A stretch of DNA of 32,000 bases, taken from the NCBI GenBank assembly GCA_964468895.1, contig CAYXWT010000002.1:1-32000 (forward strand), written 5' to 3'. Both the position numbers and the translations under genes were made by a program. Each line of letters starts with the position of its first letter. Position 1 is the first letter of the stretch. Shown here piece after piece: positions 25,568 through 32,000 of the stretch. Source of the stretch: an uncultured archaeon (GTDB taxonomy: Archaea > Iainarchaeota > Iainarchaeia > Iainarchaeales > CSSED10-239). A model generated the notes under the pieces. The model did no database searches. It was not told the origin of the DNA and worked only from the letters and a program-made list of their open reading frames with translations.

Positions 25568-27496
25568 ATGAAACAAATAAAAATAACAGATGATTTAGAT
25601 TATAAAGAATTAGGATTTGCTTGTGGATTAGAATTACATCAACAATTAGATACACATAAATTGTTTTGTAATTGTCCTTCAATAATAATTACTGATAATT
25701 CTAAACCAGATAAAATTATTACTAGAAAATTAAGAGCAGTTAATTCTGAAAGTGGAGAGGTTGATTTAACTGCATTTTATGAACAACAAAAAAATATAAA
25801 TTATATTTATAAGGTTTATAATTCTTGTAATTGTTTAGTAGAAACAGATTCACAACCTCCTTTTCCTATAAATAAAGAAGCTCTTGAAATTGCTGTGATT
25901 GTATCTAAACTAACACATTCGACATTAGTAGATAAATCTTTTGTTATGAGAAAACAGGTTATAGATGGTAGCAATGTTAGTGGATTTCAAAGAACAGCAA
26001 TGATTTCTACAGATGGTTATTTAAATTTTGATTTTGGAAATGTTAGAATTAACAAGCTACTTCTTGAAGAAGATTCTGCTAGACCAATAGAACGAAATGA
26101 AAAAGAAGCTATTTTTTCTTTAGATCGTTTAGGAGTTCCATTAATTGAGCTTGTTGTTTGGCATGATATACATACACCTGAAGATGTTCAAAAAGTAGCA
26201 TTAAAATGTGGGCAAATATTTAGACTAACTAGTAGAGTAAAAAGAGGTCTTGGAACAATTAGGCAAGACATTAATATTTCTATTAATAATGGTGCCAGAG
26301 TAGAAATAAAAGGTACTCAAAATTTAGATTTAATCCCAGAAATAGTAAAGCGAGAAATTATTAGGCAATTAAATTTAATAGAAGTTAAAGCTGAACTTAA
26401 AAGAAGAAATATTTCTAAATTTAATATTAATTCTAAATTAATTTCAGAGATATTTTCTAAATCTGAAAGTAAAATTATAAATTCTGCTTTTAAAAATAAA
26501 AAAGAGGTTTTTATTTTTAAACTAGAAAATATGAAAGGAATATTAGGTTTTGAAATTCAGCCTGATAAAAGAGTTGGGAGTGAAATATCTTCTTATCTTA
26601 AAAAAAGATCTAAACTTAATGGTTTATTTCATTATGATGAATTACCTAATTACGGGATTACTGAAGATGATCTTTTAATTATAAAAAACAAACTAAATCT
26701 TCAAGAAAATGATTCTTTTATAATTACAATTTGTTCTAATTCTGAAATTGAATTAGTAAAACAAATTATTGAAGATAGATTAAACAAATTAACTAATGGT
26801 GTTTTAGAAGAAACTAGAATTATAACTCCTGAAGGTAGCACGATATTTCAAAGAGTTCTTTCCGGTGGTGCTAGAATGTATCCAGAAACTGATTTAAATG
26901 ATATCACTTTTGATAAAGAATTATTAAGTAGTGCTTGTAGTAATTTGCCTTTAAATATTAAAGAAAGAAGAGAATTATATTTAAATAAATTTCATTTAAA
27001 TAAACAATTAGTAGATAAAATGGTTCTTAGTAATTATGCTTTGGTTTTTAAAAATATTATTTATAATTTAGATGTTGATGCAACTAGAGTAGCAGTATTT
27101 TTATTAGAAGATTTAACTAAGCTTTCTAGAGATCATTTAATTAATGAATATAATTTAGATAAAAAACGTATTTATGAGTTTTTTAGTTATAAAGATTTTA
27201 ATAAAATTCCAAGCTCTAAATTACTAGATGTTTTTGTAAATTTTATTAAAAATGAAACTTCAGTTTATAAAACTATTAAAGATTTAAAAATCTTTGAAGA
27301 ATTGGACTCTATTAAACCTTTAGATATAATACAAGAAATAATCCTTGAAAATAAAAATAAAATTATTCAACTAAGAGAAAGATCTAGAAGCTTGCTTATG
27401 GGTGCTTTTATGGCTAAAACAAAAGGGTTAATTGATGGTAAAAAAGCTGCTCAAATCATATCTTTTGAGCTAGATAAGTTTCTAAAAACATTATAA
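25568..27496 (+). CDS. gatE: Glutamyl-tRNA(Gln) amidotransferase subunit E
   Basis: GLELHQQLDT.KLFCNC, the GatB/E catalytic body, and a C-terminal YqeY-like tail. 642 aa. Confidence 0.9.
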   Translation: MKQIKITDDLDYKELGFACGLELHQQLDTHKLFCNCPSIIITDNSKPDKIITRKLRAVNSESGEVDLTAFYEQQKNINYIYKVYNSCNCLVETDSQPPFPINKEALEIAVIVSKLTHSTLVDKSFVMRKQVIDGSNVSGFQRTAMISTDGYLNFDFGNVRINKLLLEEDSARPIERNEKEAIFSLDRLGVPLIELVVWHDIHTPEDVQKVALKCGQIFRLTSRVKRGLGTIRQDINISINNGARVEIKGTQNLDLIPEIVKREIIRQLNLIEVKAELKRRNISKFNINSKLISEIFSKSESKIINSAFKNKKEVFIFKLENMKGILGFEIQPDKRVGSEISSYLKKRSKLNGLFHYDELPNYGITEDDLLIIKNKLNLQENDSFIITICSNSEIELVKQIIEDRLNKLTNGVLEETRIITPEGSTIFQRVLSGGARMYPETDLNDITFDKELLSSACSNLPLNIKERRELYLNKFHLNKQLVDKMVLSNYALVFKNIIYNLDVDATRVAVFLLEDLTKLSRDHLINEYNLDKKRIYEFFSYKDFNKIPSSKLLDVFVNFIKNETSVYKTIKDLKIFEELDSIKPLDIIQEIILENKNKIIQLRERSRSLLMGAFMAKTKGLIDGKKAAQIISFELDKFLKTL

Positions 27497-27517
27497 TTAA
27501 TTTTAATTTAAAAACAT

Positions 27518-28339
27518 ATGTTTTTAAATATTTTAACTAATATATTTTTGATTAACATGGTGAATAAACTTAAAAATTCAAAGAAAAAGATTTCTAAGAA
27601 ATCAAAATTAGATAAATCTAAAAAGCCTAAATATAAAAGTCCTAACAAATCTTTATCTAAGACCAAAAAAGTGGCTCTAATTAAAACTAAAAAAAGGTTA
27701 CAATCTAAAAAAGTTTCTAGAAAGCCTAAATTAAATAAAACTATTAAGAAAAAGTTTCCTGATCATAATAATCCTACTGAAGTTAAAAAGTACTTAGAAA
27801 GAACTTCATCAGACCATCATCTTAAAAGATGTAATTCAAATTGTTTTTTAAAATCTATTTTTTCTAAAACTGGATTTTACAAATTTGCATGGTTTCCATT
27901 TGTAATATTATTTTTTGTTTTAATAATGAATTTTGTGTTTGAATTTATTTTATATACAAATGTTGCTTTAATGCAAATACAAATTGCAAAAAATGCATTG
28001 TTATTTTCAGTATTAATTTCTACTTTGTTTATAGTTAATCTTGCTTGTTATTTTTATATGGGTTCTACTGGTTCAGCAAAGAATTTTAGATTTAAAAGAA
28101 TTTTACCTATAGTTTTAAAATTAATTTTAACTTTGTTTTTTATTGAAGTTGTGTTAGCTTTAATATCTTATTTTACATTTATACAGCCATATTTATTATT
28201 GGTCTTTAAAGATTCGGTATTGAAACAATCTTATATTTTGTATTCTGTATTTGTTGTGTTAGTAAAATCTATATTTTACTTATTAACTTTTTGTATGTCA
28301 TATATATTATATAGTCTTACAAAATTCAGGAAATTATAA
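27518..28339 (+). CDS. Membrane protein with a long lysine-rich (polycationic) N-terminal tail
   Basis: About 100 aa of K/S/P-rich low-complexity sequence (KKSKLDKSKKPKYKSPNKSLSKTKK..), followed by about five TM segments. Confidence 0.55.
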   Translation: MFLNILTNIFLINMVNKLKNSKKKISKKSKLDKSKKPKYKSPNKSLSKTKKVALIKTKKRLQSKKVSRKPKLNKTIKKKFPDHNNPTEVKKYLERTSSDHHLKRCNSNCFLKSIFSKTGFYKFAWFPFVILFFVLIMNFVFEFILYTNVALMQIQIAKNALLFSVLISTLFIVNLACYFYMGSTGSAKNFRFKRILPIVLKLILTLFFIEVVLALISYFTFIQPYLLLVFKDSVLKQSYILYSVFVVLVKSIFYLLTFCMSYILYSLTKFRKL

Positions 28340-28346
28340 AATTAAT

Positions 28347-28877
28347 TTGGTAGATTTTATGGATAATAAAATATATTATGCACCTTGGAGAAAAGAATGT
28401 ATTAATGATTCTTCTCAAAAGGAAAGTTGTGATTCTAAAACTTGTGTTTTTTGTAATATAAAAAAAAGAGATTCTAAATTATTATTATTGGATACAAAAC
28501 ATTCTTTTATTCAAGCTAATAAATTTCCTTATGGTGGAGGTCACTTATTAGTAATTCCAAAAAGGCATATTAATACAATTACTGATTTAACTAGTGAAGA
28601 AAGAAAAGATATATTTAATTTATTAGATTTAGCAACCTATGTTTTAGACTTATATTTCAAACCAGAAGGTTATAATATTGGTTGTTCTGTAGGTCAGGTT
28701 GCCGGAGAAAGCATACATCATTTACATTTCCATGTACTACCTAGATTTCTAGGAGATGTAGGTTGGAATAGGCTATGTAATTTTAACGTAATATCTCTTT
28801 CTCCAGAAGAATTAATTAAAAACCTAAAAAAGTTAGTACGAACTAAAAAACTTAAGAAAAAATTTGATATTTTATAA
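28347..28877 (+). CDS. HIT-family nucleotide hydrolase/transferase (Ap4A phosphorylase-like)
   Basis: YAPWR, CVFC, NKFPYGGGHLLVIPKRH, and histidine triad HHLHFHVLPRF.GD. The true start is probably ATG 28359. Confidence 0.8.
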   Translation: MVDFMDNKIYYAPWRKECINDSSQKESCDSKTCVFCNIKKRDSKLLLLDTKHSFIQANKFPYGGGHLLVIPKRHINTITDLTSEERKDIFNLLDLATYVLDLYFKPEGYNIGCSVGQVAGESIHHLHFHVLPRFLGDVGWNRLCNFNVISLSPEELIKNLKKLVRTKKLKKKFDIL

Positions 28878-28977
28878 AATTTTGATTAATAAAGTTTTTA
28901 AGTAAAATTAGAAACTATTTTAAATATAATTCAACAAATATATATAATGTAAATATGTTTTTTATGGGGATGAATTT

Positions 28978-29478
28978 ATGAAATCTATTTTTAGTAGAGC
29001 TTTTAAGAAAAAGACAGATGATTTTGAAATTGAAATTGATGAACAAATTATAAAAGAAAGCAAGATTCAAAAAAAAAGAGTAATTAAAGAATATAGGGAT
29101 TATAAGGATAAGGATTTTGAATGGTTAATAAATCACTTACATAAAATAGATGATGTTGTTAATAAAAATTCATTTGGAAATAGAAATAAATCTTCTTTTA
29201 TTCTTGATGGTCATAAATTTTATAAAAATGATGAAACTAGAGAATTATTTAATAAAATGTATGATAATTATACTGCCTATTTTTATGCACTAAAAAGATA
29301 CATTTTAGTTAGAAAAGAATCAACTAAATATGATGATCTTGGAGAGGATGCTTATCTAGCTGCTGGTCAAATTAAAGAATTAGATAGAGAAGCAGGAGAT
29401 ATAGAAAAAAAATTAAATTTATATCTTGATAATATTAATAAAATAAAAACTATAATTAGAGAGTGTGTGGGATTATAA
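28978..29478 (+). CDS. Hypothetical protein
   Basis: 166-aa ORF with GGGGAT Shine-Dalgarno-like element upstream. No domain recognised. Confidence 0.5.
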   Translation: MKSIFSRAFKKKTDDFEIEIDEQIIKESKIQKKRVIKEYRDYKDKDFEWLINHLHKIDDVVNKNSFGNRNKSSFILDGHKFYKNDETRELFNKMYDNYTAYFYALKRYILVRKESTKYDDLGEDAYLAAGQIKELDREAGDIEKKLNLYLDNINKIKTIIRECVGL

Positions 29479-29492
29479 TTTTCCAACACACT
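29462..29492. terminator. Hairpin between convergent genes (bidirectional terminator candidate)
   Basis: AGTGTGTGG (29462-29470) pairs with CCAACACACT (29483-29492), with one bulged A and a 12-nt loop. Followed by a T-rich stretch. Confidence 0.4.
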
Positions 29493-29532
29493 TAAATCTT
29501 TTTCTTTGTAAATTTTAATTATTTAATTAGTT

Positions 29533-29754
29533 TTACATCATTCCTTTTGCCATTCCTTTTGCTGTTCTTAAACATTTTTTATGCCAGTATTGTCCACCCC
29601 ATTTTTTATCACAACCAGGCTGGTTACATAATGCACATGTTTCAGTAGGATATTTAGCTTTTGAAAGATCAATTTGTTGTACTTTGATTTCTTTCTTTTT
29701 TTCATCTTTGTTTTCTTTTTTTTTACCAAACCATTTTTCAAATACCATTGTCAT
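29533..29754 (-). CDS. Small basic cysteine-rich (putative zinc-binding) protein
   Basis: MTMVFEKWFGKKKENKDEKKK.. ..CALCNQPGCDKKWGGQYWHKKC. AAGGTGA Shine-Dalgarno lies directly upstream of ATG 29754. The listed start 29811 would overlap the tRNA. Confidence 0.5.
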   Translation of the reverse strand: MTMVFEKWFGKKKENKDEKKKEIKVQQIDLSKAKYPTETCALCNQPGCDKKWGGQYWHKKCLRTAKGMAKGMM

Positions 29755-29781
29755 AATCACCTTTTTAAAATATTTTGTAAA

Positions 29782-29854
29782 TAGCCTGAAGGAGATTTGA
29801 ACTCCTGTCACAAGATCCAGGGTCTTGTATGCTTGGCCACTACACTATCAGGCT
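29782..29854 (-). tRNA. tRNA-Gln (anticodon CUG) with C at position 33
   Basis: Hand-folded. Acceptor AGCCTGA/TCAGGCT (7 bp, A1:U72). D arm GTGT-AGTGGCCAA-GCAT. Anticodon stem CAAGA/TCTTG with loop CCCTGGA. 4-nt variable loop. T arm AGGAG-TTCAAAT-CTCCT. Discriminator A. No encoded CCA. Overall close to the archaeal tRNA-Gln pattern AGCC..GTGTAGTGGCC. Confidence 0.8.
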
Positions 29855-29863
29855 AGAATATTA

Positions 29864-30475
29864 TTAAAATATATTGTATTTTTCATTAAGTATTTTATAT
29901 ACTTCAATCCAATTTTTAACTCTAGTTATGTTCTTAGGTAGTTTAAAGTCATATTTATTCCAATGATATTCTCCATTTAAATCGAATAATATTACTGGAA
30001 TACCTACTTTAGAACATTTTAATGCATTACTTAAATTGTCGTCAATTAAAATATCTATGTTAAGTTCTTTACAAATTTCATCTTTATCTTTTACAATTCC
30101 TAAAAGGTCTTTATATTCTATATGTTTAATATCTTCAAAAAAGATATTTTCAAAATATTTTTCAACCCATAGTTTAGTTCTTTTAGCAAGATTTATGTGT
30201 CTAGCAGTAATAAGATAAATTTGATTATTTAAATCTATTTTTTCAATAATTTTTTTTGCATCCTGTATTGGATCAACAAATTTTAAATCTTCTTTAAGTA
30301 TAATTTTATGAAATATATTAATTCTTTTTTTAATTTCTTCTTCATCTTTAGTTTCATATAAAGGATTAGAATTAATGCTAGAATCTATATGTTTTTGATA
30401 GTATTTTATCATTGCTTTACTTGTATAACATATTGTTTCATCAATATCTATTGCTATTTTAGCCATTTTTATCAC
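29864..30475 (-). CDS. HAD-superfamily hydrolase, 5'(3')-deoxyribonucleotidase-like
   Basis: IAIDIDETI (DxDxT motif I), LITAR (motif II region), and ILIDDN (motif IV). Start is 2 nt after the trpS stop. Confidence 0.55.
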   Translation of the reverse strand: MIKMAKIAIDIDETICYTSKAMIKYYQKHIDSSINSNPLYETKDEEEIKKRINIFHKIILKEDLKFVDPIQDAKKIIEKIDLNNQIYLITARHINLAKRTKLWVEKYFENIFFEDIKHIEYKDLLGIVKDKDEICKELNIDILIDDNLSNALKCSKVGIPVILFDLNGEYHWNKYDFKLPKNITRVKNWIEVYKILNEKYNIF

Positions 30476-30477
30476 AA

Positions 30478-31566
30478 TTATTTATTTATAATTTCTAAAG
30501 CAGTTTGTTTAAATTTTTCTTTTTTATTTTGATGTTCTTTTAGAAATTTATTTAAGAAAGAAACACAATTTTTTTTACATTCCCCGCAAAGTAATTCTCC
30601 ATTTTTACATTTATTAAAAGTTTGATTTAAAAATTCATCATCAGCATTGTGAAATTTAAAAATTTCATAAATTTTACAGATTTGTGGTTGTCCACCTTTT
30701 TCTTTTTGTTCTTCAAGAGTAATTCTACCACCTGTAAATGATTTATTTATTTTTCTTTTAACTTCATCGCTAGTATCATTTAAAAATATAGCAGTATCAG
30801 GTTCTGAAGATGACATTTTTTTACCTTCTTTAAGACCTGATTGGTGTTGAAAATAGAAAAAAGATGGTGTTTCAAAATCATAATTACATCTTTTTGAAAT
30901 ATCTCTTGTAATTCTAGCATGTGGATCTTGTTCAATTCCAATTCCTGTAATTGTTGGTGATTTTCCAAATTCATTTGGTAGTTGTATATGTAATATATCT
31001 GCAATTTGTAATAATACAGATCCAAGTTTCCCATAATCAGAATGTCCATAAATTGCTCTAAACATATTTTCTGTAATTTTTTTAGAAATTTCATAACTTA
31101 AAGTATAATATTGTGGTTTCTGATTAGATTGTAAATAAATATCATCTTTATCAACACCTAATGCTAGTAAATCCATAAGATTATCTAAAGCATATTCTTT
31201 AGATTTATCTAAGTTTGGAACTTTATAATCTTCTCTACTTATATATGCATCAATATCAGAAATTACAAATTTACTTTTTGCACCTAGTTTTTTAAAAATT
31301 AAATAAAAATCTATATCTAATTTGTGACCTAAATGATATGACCCTGAAGAAGCAATACCTGTAAGTTGTGAAAATGGTTTTTTATTTTGTATGCATTGTT
31401 CAATTTTATCAAAATCCCTTTGTGCAATAATAATTTTTCTATTAAATAAATAATTGTTTATTATATTGTAAGATTCAAATTCTTTAAGTCCAAATTTACT
31501 AAATACATGTTTATAATTTTCAATTTTTGATGATCCCCAAGGATCTATAATTTTAGTTTCACTCAT
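30478..31566 (-). CDS. trpS: Tryptophanyl-tRNA synthetase (archaeal/eukaryal type)
   Basis: DPWGSS..NYKHVFSKFG N-terminus, HIGH-type YHLGH, KMSSS, and the TrpRS-specific tail GGRITLEEQKEKGGQPQIC..CKNGELLCGECKK. Confidence 0.85.
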   Translation of the reverse strand: MSETKIIDPWGSSKIENYKHVFSKFGLKEFESYNIINNYLFNRKIIIAQRDFDKIEQCIQNKKPFSQLTGIASSGSYHLGHKLDIDFYLIFKKLGAKSKFVISDIDAYISREDYKVPNLDKSKEYALDNLMDLLALGVDKDDIYLQSNQKPQYYTLSYEISKKITENMFRAIYGHSDYGKLGSVLLQIADILHIQLPNEFGKSPTITGIGIEQDPHARITRDISKRCNYDFETPSFFYFQHQSGLKEGKKMSSSEPDTAIFLNDTSDEVKRKINKSFTGGRITLEEQKEKGGQPQICKIYEIFKFHNADDEFLNQTFNKCKNGELLCGECKKNCVSFLNKFLKEHQNKKEKFKQTALEIINK

Positions 31567-31702
31567 AATTATTTATACCTTTATTTTTAGAATGCTTTTT
31601 TTATATAATATTTATATATACAATATATTAAAATATTTACTAAAGTAAAAATAATCGTTATATCTTTAAAAATAAATTTAATTGTCAAGAAATAGCATAT
31701 AT

Positions 31703-32000
31703 TTAATAAAAATACTTCTGTTCATAAAATATAGTTATGACTTCTAGATTATCTATATTTTTATAAAACTTATTTTTAATTTCAGTAATATTATATAGAA
31801 ATTCCGTTTTAGATTTTACTTCAAAACTTATTTCTAAATCAAAACAGCCTATAACTTTAGAGATATCTATAACATTAAGATTATTTTTAAGATATAATAT
31901 GATGTTTCTACTGTTTTCTATACTCAAATCTTTAAATTTAATAAGTAATTTATATTTTTCTATATTTAATTTATTAAAATCTAAAAACATACTTTGTTTT
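31703..32000 (-). CDS. Lrp/AsnC-type RAM (ligand-binding) domain protein; N-terminus probably beyond the window edge
   Basis: ..VIDISKVIGCFDLEISFEVKSKTEFLYNITEIKNKF..NLEVITIF fits the beta-alpha-beta-beta-alpha-beta RAM domain pattern (V....G.yDl...v). The frame stays open upstream of M31990 to the window end. Confidence 0.4.
   Translation of the reverse strand, partial: KQSMFLDFNKLNIEKYKLLIKFKDLSIENSRNIILYLKNNLNVIDISKVIGCFDLEISFEVKSKTEFLYNITEIKNKFYKNIDNLEVITIFYEQKYFY

Noticed and set aside
27570-27770. Repetitive aaa/aag/tct-rich DNA, considered as a tandem repeat or array
   Set aside because: There is no fixed repeat unit. It is simply the coding sequence of the lysine/serine-rich tail of ORF 27518.
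29755-29811. N-terminal extension of the small Cys-rich ORF to 29811
   Set aside because: It would run through the 3' half of the tRNA-Gln gene. An internal ATG with a strong Shine-Dalgarno is available at 29754.
30036-31094. ORFs 30036-30218 (+) and 30780-31094 (-, alternative frame)
   Set aside because: They overlap the HAD hydrolase and trpS genes, whose frames carry the diagnostic motifs.
1-32000. Search for CRISPR arrays, rRNA genes, transposases, integrases and long inverted repeats
   Set aside because: No regularly spaced direct repeats, rRNA-like GC-rich blocks or recombinase motifs were seen. The only mobile element identified is the intein.

Overview
Very AT-rich archaeal window. 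Alba, ribosomal protein L44e, GatD/GatE, an archaeal/eukaryal-type TrpRS, a TFB fragment, a class III (archaeal pilin) signal peptide and an archaeal-type tRNA-Gln all point to Archaea. The small, tightly packed genes with strong GGAGGTG-type Shine-Dalgarno sites look like a reduced, DPANN-like genome; that assignment is inference. About 35 genes are supported. Most are housekeeping: trxB, sufS, albA, nth, dut, tldD/pmbA, stomatin, gatD/gatE, trpS, rpl44e. No CRISPR array, rRNA, transposase or integrase was seen. Items worth a second look: (1) a patchwork of three unrelated gene fragments at 55-529, followed by a frameshifted livF; (2) a HerA/FtsK-type ATPase whose Walker A loop is split by a 424-aa LAGLIDADG intein, co-oriented with a polytopic membrane protein and divergent from a pilin-signal protein carrying an FGE-sulfatase/lectin-fold domain; (3) a GIDE-like membrane protein split exactly at a canonical -1 slippery heptamer; (4) an LtaS-like / DHH / processive GT2 / anchored-protein envelope cluster; (5) an unknown ORF wedged inside a gatD-gatE operon; (6) a tRNA-Gln(CUG) with C instead of the near-universal U at position 33; (7) a RelE/RHH toxin-antitoxin pair. 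All calls rest on reading the translations by eye. No searches were run.
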